Part shown: positions 37,950 through 49,904 of the stretch, in pieces
Layout of the letters: each line of letters starts with the position of its first letter
Position numbering within the stretch: the first letter of the stretch is position 1
NCBI GenBank assembly: GCA_029717555.1
Contig: JAMDHS010000017.1
Location: 62,001 to 126,000 of the forward strand
Source: Peribolospora baueri
Lineage: Eukaryota
DNA length: 64,000 nucleotides
Reading direction: 5' to 3'
Program-made: the position numbers and the translations under genes
The notes under the pieces: model-generated
Database searches by the model: none
What the model saw: the letters and a program-made list of their open reading frames with translations, nothing else
Told to the model about the DNA's origin: nothing

Positions 37950-38654
37950 GCGGTCGTCTCTGCGGCTGGCGACGGGGCGCTTTGCTGTCCGAGTAGGCGG
38001 CAGGCGAGGTGGCAGAGGAGGGCCATCCGTTCTCGCGGCGTGAGTCTTTTTTCGTTGGCATGCTTGTGTACGAGCGGGCACGCTACGGGACGCTGGAGCA
38101 ATGAATTGCATATGTGTGTGTGTGTGTGTGTTAGCCATCAACACTCAGCACGTACCCCGACTACTTCTTTCCTTCTATCCCGCCGTCGGGCCGACGGCGT
38201 GCGGAGGGAAACAGAAGACGGGCGTTGGGTTGTCGAACGAACGACTGGAAGCCTCGTAGATTTTTATAGACGTCGGAGAGGAGAGGAGAGCGGGATATAC
38301 ATCCATTCGTCCGTGCAGCGGCCGTCCGGGATGTGGGATGGATGCCAGAAGAAGAGCGACTGAGTTGAGTGAGTGGGGTAAGTGTGGTACGGGGATCGGA
38401 CGGTACGCGCGGGTGCTTGGCATATGTGCGGTGCCGTGCCGGCGGGAGTGGGACGCGTGAAAGTGCCGGTGGAAGGGAACGTGAAAGTGTTTTCCTCTTT
38501 TCTTTCTTTCTTTCTTTCTTTTCGACCCGTATCGCGCTCGTTCTCGTTCGTCGGTCGTCGTCCGCCGCGCTCGGGTCGGCTTGACCGGATCGTGATTGCC
38601 GGGGAGTAAGAGAGAGAGGGGGGGAATGCGCACGCACGCACGGTTTGTGTTACG

Positions 38655-38692
38655 TAGTAGTAGTAGTCGTAGTAGGTAGTAAGGGTAGTAGT
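38655..38692. repeat. Imperfect (TAG)n microsatellite
   Basis: gtagtagtagtagtcgtagtaggtagtaagggtagtag. Confidence 0.8.
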
Positions 38693-39393
38693 GAGTAAGT
38701 GAGGGCGGCTAGAGCGCGATTTAGCGAGATGGGCGCATCGATTTCGTTTTCGTTTCGCTTTCGCTTTCGTTCTCGTCCGAGTTCGCATTCGCATTCGCGT
38801 CTGGGTAGGAGGAGAGCTAGCGGGCTTCCTGAGCGTCGGTGCATGGAGGAAACTGACTAGGCGGACGGGTTAGACGGTGCTGGCTCGCCTGGGACGACCC
38901 CGATTTGCGTTTTTTCTCACATCACTTCTTTCTTTCTTTCTTTCTTTCTCTTCTTGTGGAGGAGAGGAGCGAGAGCCGACGGTTAGGGGGTCTCCCTGCG
39001 AGCGCCACGTGGGCGGCGCGGCTCTTGAGTCCTGCGTAGGTCCGACTGAATTGCGGGGTCGGGACGAGCGGGAGCAGAGGTCATGTGACTTTCCCCGCCT
39101 CGCCCGCCGCCGGCGTGCCTTCTCGCCTCCCTGCCTGCATGCCTGTCTGTCCGCCTGCCCCCTCGTCTCTCTTGGCCTCGTCGTCTCAGCCTTGCCGCTC
39201 CGGCGGCCGGCCGTCCGGTCGAGCGGAGCTGAGCTGAGCTGGCTGAGCTTCGCCGACGGGTCCGCCTGGCTGACTGACTGACTGACTGCTCTTAGCGGGT
39301 CGTCATCATCGCCGTCGTCGTTTTCTTTTCTTTTTGGCTGCGGGGTCGAATCGATCGCATCACAGATCATCGCCCTTGCTTGCTTCTTGCTTG

Positions 39394-39449
39394 CCTTGTC
39401 CTTGTCCTTGTCCTTGTCCTTGTCCTTCTCCTCGCCCTCGCCCTCGCCC
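39394..39449. repeat. Compound microsatellite (CCTTGT)5 + (CTCGCC)3
   Basis: Directly visible tandem hexamers. Confidence 0.85.
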
Positions 39450-39757
39450 TTGCCTTCTCCTGACCCTGGCTTCCTCGTCCGGCTCCTCCATCTTCTCGGG
39501 ATTGCACAGGATAGCATAGCGTAGGAACAAGATACACATATACACATACGCCCCGTACCTCGCTCCATCCCATCAGCCCGCACCACGCAGCCGCTCGACC
39601 GTCGACCGTCGACCGGCCCATCCTTCTGGTACGCAACGCAACCACCGGCCTCCCGTCCATCCAGTCCAGCGCGTCCGGAGCTTAATAACTGTCATTCCCT
39701 CGCTCGCCTCGGCATTCACACAGCTCCCGAATCTTGCTGCAGATCGCCGACGCCGTC

Positions 39758-39779
39758 GTGTGTGTGTGTGTGTGTGTGT
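39758..39779. repeat. (GT)11 microsatellite
   Basis: Directly visible. Confidence 0.95.
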
Positions 39780-40231
39780 ATCTCTGTGTCTTTGTGTGTG
39801 TGCTAGGTCGTCGCATCGGATCGGATTGTGCGGCCGCTCGCTCTCGCTCTCGCTCCTCGCCCTTGTCGCCAGCTCGACATACAGCTCCGGCTCTAGTCTA
39901 GCTCATCCACCTCCCGCCATCCCTCCTTCTCTCTTTCCCTCTTCGCCCTCGACCACCGTCACCATCTCCCATCACCATCCTATTCCCATCTCCCTCCCCA
40001 TCTCCCTCCTTCTCACCCCTCTCCCTTCCCCCTCATCCACCACTCCTCCATCCCTCTCCCTCCATCCACCCGTACCCCCTCCTCCGTCTTTCTCGACGCT
40101 CCTTTGCCCGCCCCCACCGACCACGCCCACCTCGGCCACCCACTGTCTTTGCTCGGTACTCCGGCTCTCCGCATCGTCATAGACGCCCCACACCCACGCC
40201 TACGCCCTTCCTTCTTCCACCACATCGGACG

Positions 40232-43200
40232 ATGAAGTTCCCCACCCGCATCCTCACACCCCTCCTCTCCCTCTCCCCCGCCTCTCTCCCCGACTTGGGC
40301 CGTCGCCTCACCGGCCTCGTCGCAGAGCGCGCCGGCACCGGCCTCGGTACCGGACAGGTAGGCTCCGGCCTCGACCCCTCTTGCGACCAACCAAAGCAGA
40401 GCACCTTCCTCCCTCTCAACCCGCCCGCCATTCCGCTCGCCGTCAGGTCGCCTTGTCAGTTTCTCTCCCTTCCTTTCCTGTCTCCTTTTTCTCCTCTTCC
40501 ATGCTCATCGTGCTCCTCCCCGTCTCTCAGACGTCAGTACTTGGCTGCCTTCCGGGAACAACTACTACACCACCCCGCCCAACTCTGTGAGCTCCTCCTT
40601 CCCTTGTTTTTTTCGCCCCCCCCTTGGCTCACCCCACCCTCCACCCGTTCTCGTCGCCGTCTCTGATAGAACGGAAATGGAGGCTACCTCGCTGGTGAGG
40701 GACTCTTCCCCGTGTGTGGAACGAGCGGACGCCCCCATACACATCTCGTCCAGCGCGCGGCAGCCTTCTCACGCTTGAAACTGCTCTCGTCTCCTGATGT
40801 CTCTTTGCAGGTCAATACCCTACTTTCTGGACTGAAAAGTGAGCGGACGCTGCACGAGTCTCTCGCCGATCTTCATTCTTAGCGTCATCCATGTCCTTGC
40901 GTCCAATCTAGCTACGGCGCCGACGGCGATGGTCGCCTCGGCTGGAACGGCCTGATCCGCGTCGACGGAGAGGTCTATGAGTGGATGGGTGCGGCTATGG
41001 TGAGCAGAGCGCCGGCCTACATGCGTGCACATCCCACCCTCCCGTCCGACGCCCGTCCGCACCGCTTCGCGCTCACCTAGCTATCTCCTTTGTGATGCCG
41101 ATTCTAGGGCAACACCATCGCCTACGGCAACATCGCCACGCAGACTTCCATGGAGTACACCGGTGAGTCGCTTGGCTGGCGTTTCCACTTGACTTTACGC
41201 TCACCGAGCGCGTCCTCATCTTGTCCGATAACTCTCCCCGACCAGCCACAAAGACCATCTTCAACTTCACCGCCGGACCCGTCGACTTCACCGTCCTCTT
41301 CCTCTCACCTATCACGCCCGACGATTACGTGCGCCAGAGCTTGCCGCTCTCTTACCTCTACGTCCAGGTCGACCAGGCGACCGCTCAGGGCCACGACGTC
41401 CAGCTCTACGTCGACATTGATGAGCGCTGGGTCACCGCCCACGACTACGACTATGCCAACTACCCGTACTACATGAAGTTTGACCAGTCCGGGGGTACGG
41501 CCCGCTACCTCATTCAGCGCAGCCAGCCTCAGCTCTACACCGAGTTCCGTCAGCGCGCCGAGTGGGGCAGCGTGTCTTGGGCCGCCGTCGACCGTCCCGG
41601 CCTGACTACCATGAACCAGAACAACGTCGTCGCCCAGTTCCAGTTCGTCACCAACGGCAAGCTTACCGGTGACCATGGTTCCGTCGCCGGCCCTGACAAC
41701 TCGTTCGCCTTCGCTTTCGACATGAACCAGGACCGCACCGCCATCATGTCCATCGGTCTGCTCCAGGACAAGATGCTCAACTATATCCGCAAGAACAACG
41801 CGGCTCAGGGCTACTACCAGCAGGACCGCTACGGCTACTGGCAGACGGTGTACGGCAACAACTACACCGCCGTCGTCAACGCCCACCTTGAAGAGTTTTA
41901 CGACGCGCTCGGCAACTCGACCGTGTTCGACCAAAAGATCTACGACGACTCGCTTCGCGTCTCCGGTCTGGAGAACTACTACGCCATCGTCGCCCTCAGC
42001 GCCCGACAGGCGTTCGCCACCATGGCCATCACGGTACCGGCAAACTACAGCACCTCTGACACTCTCGTCTTCCTCAAGGAGATCAGCTCGGACGGCGACA
42101 TGAGCACGGTGGACGTCGTCTTCCCCCTCTTCCCCGTGCTTTCCTACCTCAAGCCCGACCTGCTCAAGCACCTCCTCGAGCCCATCTTCATCTACACCGA
42201 GTCGGGCCTCTACCCTAACCCGTGGTGCGTTCACGACCTCGGCGTCTGGCCCAACGGCGTGGGCTACAACAAGGGCAACGACGAGGCGATGCAGGTCGAG
42301 GAGTCGGGCAACATGATCATCATGTCCCTCAACTACGCCCAGCTCTCCGGCGACGACGCCTTCCTCAAGCGCCACTACCGCATCCTTCAGCAGTGGGCCG
42401 AGTTCCTTATCGAGGATAGCCTCGTCCCCGCTTATCAGCTCTCTACCGATGACTTTGCTGGCGCGCTCGCCAACCAGACCAACTTGGCCATCAAAGGGAT
42501 CAACGGCATCGGCGCGATGGAGCACATCGCCGCTCGGGTGGGCGACCACGGGAACATGACTCGGTACCGGAACATCTCGATCGAGTACGAGCGCCTCTGG
42601 GAAGGCTATGCGCTGGACAGCGCCAAGAATCACCTCAAGTTGTCGTACCAGGAGGACAGCAGTTGGGGCACGTTGTACAACATCTTTGCCGACCGGCTCC
42701 TCAACCTCCAGCTGATCCCCAAGTCCATCTACGACATCCAGGATAGTTGGTACCTCGAGAAGATGGCTGACTACGGCCTGCCGCTTGACTCGCGTCACAA
42801 CTGGACAAAGTCGGATTGGGAGATGTTCACGGCTGCGGCGGCACCGGCGCAGGAGGTTCGCGATACGCTCATCAACAAGCTGCACAAGTTTGTCAGCGAC
42901 GAGATCACCGATGCCCCTTTTACCGATTTGTACGAGGCTACCACGGGAGATTTTCCGAAGCTGCCCCTCGACCCGCTCATTCACTTTGAAGCCCGTCCCG
43001 TTGCCGGAGGTCGTGAGTACAAGACCCGTCTTTTTCGCCCGGTTTTTGGTTTTCGTACGCGTGTGCGTTCTTTTTCTGGCCTCCGTCGGTCGATCGTTGA
43101 TGGAAACCGGTTGCATTGCAGACTTTGCCCTCCTCGCGCTCGACGCCGCCGACAAGGCCAACTGCGTGACGACGTACCAGTACGGAGCGCACGGTGGGCC

Positions 43201-43330
43201 GAACGGGACGGATACGTCGACGTCCAACGCGTGCAAGTATAGTCCCGAGGACGGAAGGTACGCCAAGAGGGTGGTCAGCCATGGACACAAGCGTCATCAC
43301 GATGCCCAGAGGCGGGTCAGCCGTGTCTAG
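40232..43330 (+). CDS. Glutaminase GtaA-like protein (DUF5127/DUF4965/DUF1793 architecture), ~8 exons
   Basis: PPAIPLAVRSPYVSTWL, GWNGLIRVDG, FLSPITPDDYVRQSLPLSY, FLKEISSDGDMSTVDV, HDLG, MQVEESGNM, QLSTDDFAG, QTNLAIKG, GLPLDSRHNWTKSDWEM, ARPVAGGHF. Confidence 0.9.
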
Positions 43331-43949
43331 GCGACCTGTCGGACGGCCCGCTCTCCTTCGTCCTTTTTTGTCTTTTTTTTACGCATTTCCTTCTGGATTC
43401 CTGCCATTTCTGGACTTGGACTGCAGTGGACCGAACCGAACCGAACCGAACCGAATACACTTGGTTACACCCACCCGTGCGCGCTCGACCGCCCTTCCTC
43501 CCTCCGCCCCGCCCCTTCTCTTCGCTCCCTCCTCCCTTTTTCTTCTCCTTTCTACAGTCCGTTTCTTCTCCTCCCGGAACGTCCCCATATGTCCATCCGT
43601 CCACGCGCCCGTCTGTCCCGTCTGTTTTCCTTCCTCTCTTCGGCCGTCCGAACGTCGGTCCGAATCGCCGCGTGAAATGTCTTGTGTCGTATATATATCT
43701 AACACACCACATCACGCCCTCCCTCGCTTTCTGCCTGTTGGACGACGAGGAAGGGGACGAGGCGCACTCACAGAACATGGAATGCGGGCGGGGACACGGC
43801 GGATAGGAAATGGAAGAGCGTAAAGTCTACCGACGTGTGTCCGTCCGTCTCGTTTCGTTCGTCTCGTCTTGTCACGTTCGCGTCGCCTCGCGTCCGTTCG
43901 TCGCTCTCGGTCGAGATCCAGCCCACTCGCACTTGCACTCGGACCGTCG

Positions 43950-43981
43950 TTCCTTCCTTCCTTCCTTCCTTCCTTCCTTCC
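43950..43981. repeat. (TTCC)8 microsatellite
   Basis: Directly visible. Confidence 0.95.
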
Positions 43982-44437
43982 TTTGGCCCTCGAGGACAAG
44001 AAACCCGTCGTCGTCGGTTGATCGGGCGGCCCGCCACATACATACATACACAGATACATAAATAAATACACGTAGACATACACACCCCATCCACCGTTTT
44101 CACTCCCTCACTGCCAAGGCGCTCTCTGGGCAGCTTGTTGTGTTGTGTCACATCGGACATCGGGCATCGGTTCAGTTGGGGTTGGGGTTCGCAGATGGGC
44201 ATGCGTGTGTGTGTGCGTGCGTGTTTGTGTTTGTGTTTGTTCGGTCGTTCGGTCTTGCGTTCCTTTCGTTACGCCAAGTGAGTCTTTCGTTATGCTAAGG
44301 GTATATATAGAGAGAGAGATGGACGATGGGTCCTTAGAGAAGGGTATTGTGGGCGGGAAGGACGGAGCGGTGCGGAACGAGACGAGACGACAGGACAGGG
44401 GTTGTACAGATATAGGTGGCCTGGCTCGTCCGTCATG

Positions 44438-45338
44438 TCACGTCATCCTCGGACGGACGGACGTCGACTGGACCAGCCAGCCAGCGAACCTCTCGACCAG
44501 CCAGTGCGTCGTCAGCGCCGCCACCGCCGCCCAGAAACACGCGGCGAGGGCCTCGTCGGCGGAGAAGACGGCCCCGCCGTCGTCGTCGTCGTACCGGTGT
44601 CGTAAGCCGAAACCGAGGCTGACAAGACCCCCCAAGCCGACGGCCCCTTCTCCCGCGCCATCGTTCTGGCCGCCGACGACGAGACGCCGACTGCCTCCTT
44701 GTCGGCCGAGGTAGTACTCTCCCGCGGCGACGGACGCTAGGAGGGGAAGGGCGACGTGAGCGACGATGCGAGTGAGCGGGTCGGAAAGAAAGAGCGACCC
44801 CCAGCCGCCGCCGGCGCCGGGGACCGCGGCGCCCTCGTCGTCGCCCCAGGTGGGCGAGGTGGGCGACCTAGGCGACAGCGGGGGGAAGGAGTGGACGTAC
44901 GGCGTCGGAGGGCGGCGAGCCTTCGAGCGGGCTGAACGGAAAGGAGGCACCGGTCATCGCCGGAGTGAGTGCCTGTTTCGCATCTGCAGATTCGCGGCTC
45001 CGCTCGCAAACCACGGATGACGGACGTGGACGAGGACGAGGACGGACAGACTCACCTCCATCGCCAGGCAACGTCAATGTCTGCTCGTTCTCCGTTTCCG
45101 TTTCCGTCTCCTTCCCGTCTTCCGCCTCCGTCACGTCCACGTCCTCCGCTTCGCGGAACCTCACCCTTGGCGCTGTCGTCGTTCCAGCACCGGCACCGGC
45201 GCCTGCGCCGGCCCCTTGCGCTGTCCTACTCCTCAACCCTTCCATCGGCGTCCCTCCGGGCTCGCTGATCCCTGTCGTCATCGTAGTCGTCGTCAGCGCG
45301 CCGGCGCGCTTGCCGTAGTCTGGGATCGAGGCCGTCAT
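44438..45338 (-). CDS. Hypothetical orphan protein (~258 aa) with two C-terminal hydrophobic segments, 2 exons
   Basis: Exon 45338-45056 (MTASIPDY...PRVRFREAED...) joins in phase via intron 45055-44932 (gtgagt...tcctttccgttcag) to ARSKARRPPTPY...HVALPLLASVAAG...ALAACFWAAVAALTTHWLVERF. Confidence 0.5.
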
Positions 45339-46219
45339 TCTGGCTACGGGGGGAGGGGAGAATAGGCTGCTTGCTGCGTAACTTCCGCTTGCGTGGCAGG
45401 GGAGCGGACTGGGGATGACGGCGGCGAGGCGAAGAAGAAGAAAAGGAGGACGGCATATGTATCGTATCGTCCGCCCGCGCTCGCCATCCATCCCATCCCA
45501 TCCCATCCCATCGGTAACCTCTCCCAAAATCTGACCGGACTCTGACGCGCGCCCACCGCCGGTCGCCTCCGTATCGCCTCGGCCTTAGGGCGAGAATGCG
45601 CATGGGCGCCTCTTGGTCTGTGCGTTTTGTGTTTGCCCGACGTTTTTGTCCGGGCGGGTGCGGTGCACTCACTTTGCCAAACGGCGGGGCCCGCAGATCT
45701 GGGCGTTTGCGTACCTCACCCAGAGGGTGTGCCGGTCGTCGAACGCACGTCACGCTCCAGCGGGCCGTCCGGCACCAGGCCCAGCTAGCTGGTTGCGCAC
45801 AGACCGCCATCGATCTGCTCGCCGCTCGCCGTTTCAGTCGCGCCCATCCATCATCAGGCCGTCGTCGTCGTCGCCGTCAAGGAGAGCGCCGAGGAAGAGA
45901 CTCGCACCGCATCGCACCGTCGACCGAGACGAATAGCGACCTGTAGCTGATCGAGCACATACAATGACAATGATGGACTGTTCGATCGGCGTCTGCAAAT
46001 GCGGGCGAGCCCGAACGGGTCGTTGCTGACTAAGCCAACCCGCCTGGCACCCTCCGTCGTCGTCGATGGTGGATGAATGGATAGATACACTCCGTCCGCT
46101 CCACCGTCGTCGCTCTCCACGACCCTCCAAGGTATAGTAGGGACCCCTCGACCGGATCGTTGGACACAATCCCGGCCAGCGCAAAACGAGGCACACGAGC
46201 GCCGTCCTCGTCGGTCACC

Positions 46220-48685
46220 ATGGCGCTCTCCCCCTCCCAAGCCGCCCACGCACGGCCCACACCTTACTTCTGGTTCATGGTCGTCTGGGTCGTGCTCAGC
46301 ACTTTTCAGTACGGGTTCGGCATCGTGAGTCCGAACCGCTCGTCCTAGTCCACATCCTCATCGTCGACCCCGTGCCTCTGCCTCTGCCCTTCGTTACCCC
46401 TTCTTGGAAGGCGCGGGTAGGGAAAGAGCGCTCGAGGGCCGACGGCGTTGACGCCCAGCTCGCCCCCTCGTCCTCTTCTTCCAGTCAGAACTCAACGCTC
46501 CGCAATCGGTAATGTCCTGCAAACAATCACCCTCCCCCGCTCCGTCCGGCCGCCTGCCGCCGTGCGTTCCCATGACGGACGCCGAGTTCGGCACGGTCAC
46601 CGCCGTGTTCAGCATCGGAGGCTTGCTCTTCTCTCTTCTCTCTCCGCATTTTTCCGTTCGTCTGGGTAGGAAGAGGTGCCTCGTGCTCTCCTCGCTCCTC
46701 TACGTTCTCGGCTCCGCCTCCATCGCCCTCGCCGCGGCCCAGGCCCCGCTCGTCCTCGGCCGCTTTGTCACCGGACTCGGCGCCGGGCTCGCGCTGTGCA
46801 CCGTGCCGCCGTTCATTGCCGAGCTCAGCCCGCCAGAAATGCGCGGCGCGGTGGGCATTTCGAACCAGCTCTCTGTCGTCGTCGGCATTTTCGCCGCCCA
46901 GTCCCTCGGCCTCGCCTTCCGTCGTCCCTCCTCGTGGAGGTGGATTCCTACCTTTGCTCTCGTCCTCGCCGTCGTGCAGCTCGCGCTTTCCCCGTTTGCC
47001 GTCGAGAGTCCCGGCTGGCTGGTGGGGGAGGGCGCGAACACGAAAGGGGGTGGAGAGGTGGAGAGAGCTAGACGGAGGAGGAGAGCGGATGTGATCAGGC
47101 AGCGATTGTGGGAGCTCAAGAGGGACGAAGAGCCGGAGGCCGACGCGTTGGGTCAGCACCTATCCTTTCCCTCCATCTCTCCTTATTCTTCGCGCCTGTC
47201 GCCCTACCCTCGCTGATGTCGTCATGTCGTGTCCCGAATCGCTCTGGCCGCGCACAGAATCCGAAGCGCTCCTGGCCCAAGCAGATGTCGAGAACGTCGA
47301 CGCCGAGAACGCCAACATCCGGAGGCCGAATGCCTCCAGTGCCGGCGCCGGCGTTGGCCCTGGCGCAAGAGACCCGATAGACATCGATCGGCAGAACGAC
47401 AACGACGGCGACGACGACAGGCCCGATCAGCTCGGCTGGCTCGGCCTGTTCAAGTCCCGCCAAGCTCGGCCCGGTTTGCTCGTCATCGCCGCCACACAGT
47501 TCACTCAGCAGGCTAGCGGGATCAAGTGAGTGGCGAATGCGGGAAGGGGGAGGGGGGAGGCGGTCACGCTGGATCAGCGAACCCGACTTGATTCATGCGT
47601 AGGACTACCGGCTTCATCCCGTACCCGTACTGACGCGCTCATCTGGCCTGTCCATGTCCATGTCCATGTCCACGTCCCTGTCCGTACACAGCGCCGTGCT
47701 TTATTGTGAGCCCGATGACAAGCCGTCAGAGCAGTATTTTCTCAGCTTCTGTCGGCTGCGGACAGCATGTCCTTTGCTGACTCCTCCGCTTCGCGTTTCC
47801 CGGCAGATTCGACGGACATTATGGCGTCCGTGGTCCCCGACCTGGCGGGCGTGATCGGTCTTCTGATCACCGTCGTCAACTTTGTATTCACGTTCCCGCC
47901 CATTTTCCTCGTCGAGGTGAGTCGGCCGTCGCGCCGGCTTGGGATTGGATCGGTGGCTTGGCGTGGAAAAGGGACGCGCTCGGGGCCCACGCTCGCTCGA
48001 TTGACGTGACCTTGCTCGCTTCCCGTCATGTCTGGCCCATCGGCCCCGCAGCGCGTAGGCCGCAAGCCGCTTCTCCAGATGTCGGCCCTGGGCATGGCCG
48101 TTTCTGCCTTTTTCCTCGGCTGGGGGATCGACTGGGAGGTGAAGAGCGTCAGCGCCGTCGCTGTGCTCGTGTTCGTCGCCGCTTTCAGCATCGGTCTCGG
48201 GCCCGTGACGTGGGTTATCGTGCCGGAGGTCGTGCCGAGCCATGTGAGTCGATGGGCCTCCTTTGGCGGTTTCGGAAGGCGGATCGCATTGCGTTCCACA
48301 CTCACTCTTTCTCGACGCATCTCGGCCATGTTCGGGCATCCATGATGCTGTTTATTTGGTCAGGCCGTTTCCGCTGCGACGTCGTTCGGCCTTACGTTGA
48401 AGTGAGTCGCGCGTCTCCTTCCGCTCCTTTGGCGTCGACGCCGTGCTGGCTTGCCTTCTCACCCACCTCTCTCCCGTCCCCTGCCATGCGCCTGCTTGCT
48501 CTCGCTCCCCGCCTCCCCCCCCGTCCGAGCCCAGCTGGCTCACCAACTTTCTTGTTGGATCCACCTTCCTCCCCCTCCGCGCCGCCCTCCGGCACCTGGA
48601 CGGCAAGGGCGGCGCCGTGTTCTGGGTGTTCGCGGCCGTGTCGACGGTCATGACCGTTGTCATCTCGCGCGTATATCGGACGTGA
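46220..48685 (+). CDS. MFS sugar porter family transporter (Vps73/YBR241C-like)
   Basis: FQYGFGI|SELN, VFSIGGL, RLGRKR, GRFVTGLGAG, FIAELSPPEMRG, NQLSVVVGI, VESPGWL, QQASGINAVLYYS, RVGRKPLL, FSIGLGPVTWVIVPEV, NWLTNFLVG. Confidence 0.92.
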
Positions 48686-49904
48686 CGGTGACGGGGAGGG
48701 AGATTAGTGGGCTGTGAATGTTTTCTTGGCTGTATCATGATCTCGTGGCCCGCTTTGCCGGTGTTGAAGGACGATGATAACTACAGAATGGGCCTGCTCT
48801 GCGTGCGTGCAAGAGGAGAAGAACCGACAAACCCGTCCGACGATATCTCCTCTCCCTCCCTTCACCTTTCACCCTTCACCCCTCCCTCCCTTTCTCGCTC
48901 CCGTCGTCGCTGTGGAGCCAGGTGAAAGCTTGAGATGGGACAAATAAATAAAGGGGGCTAGAACGTTCGAAAGAGGCGCCTTCTCCCTCCAACGTACATC
49001 ACGTGCGCCTGTGCGAGGGCGGCAGAGGGAATATGAAGCCGGCTGCGGCAGGCGTGGGTCGGAGGAAGAACAAGGCTGGCCTCGTTCGACGATCGTTGAG
49101 CGCAACTGCTCGACCCGGACGGCGGCGGTGACGGCGACAGCGACAACGACGACGACGACGACGACGACCATCGCGAAGGACCGACTGACCGTCGAGGACT
49201 TACTTCCCGTTTCCATTTGACTCCAGGCGCACTTGACGCCCTTGATATCCTTCTCTTTCCACCCTCATTCCCTCTCCTCTTCCCCCTGCTCCACTCGTCC
49301 TCCCTCGCTCCCTGCATTCTCCGTCTGCGCGCCCCCGCTTTCGGTTCCTTCGGCCCTTCGCTCACCTTTACCCTCCCTTCTCCCTTCTGCCGTCTCTCGT
49401 CTCCGGTCTTCCGTCTTCATCTCCGTCTCCAGCTGTCTTCGACCACGCCCACCCTCACACCCACATCCCACACACAACCCCGCCGTTCCTTGCTTCCGGT
49501 GCCGCGCCGTCGGAGGGGGATCAACACCGTGTTCGTGCGCGTCTTCGTGCCCCCTCCTCACGGCCCACCTCCTCTCTTGGCCCGTCGTCGTCATTCCCAT
49601 TCCGCCGCCTCGGGCCCTACTCAGCGATTCATCGTCGACCGTCGTGTGTTCCATGTCGTTGCCCCCGCCAGTCGCCAGCTCGTCGGCCTCTGCCAGTCAG
49701 TGACCAGATCAGATCAGCAAGGCCTTTTCCCACTTTCCTTCCTCCTCTCCTATCATCGACTCTACCCGTAGCCCACGCCTCTGCTTCCCTTCCACACTTC
49801 ATCCGACACCGCTTCCCTCCTTTCCTTCCTCTCCTCCACCGCCAACCACCGCTGCGCCCGTTCGTACGGCTGACCGGCACGCTTGCCGCCCCGCACCCGG
49901 ACTC

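Noticed and set aside
38040..40200. ORFs in the region upstream of the GtaA-like gene
   Set aside because: Translations of simple repeats and CT-rich leader sequence.
41305..43290. 661-aa antisense ORF over the GtaA-like gene (and similar antisense ORFs over SC15-like, RIM15 and DBP10)
   Set aside because: Expected from strong GC3 codon bias on the sense strand; no recognisable motifs.
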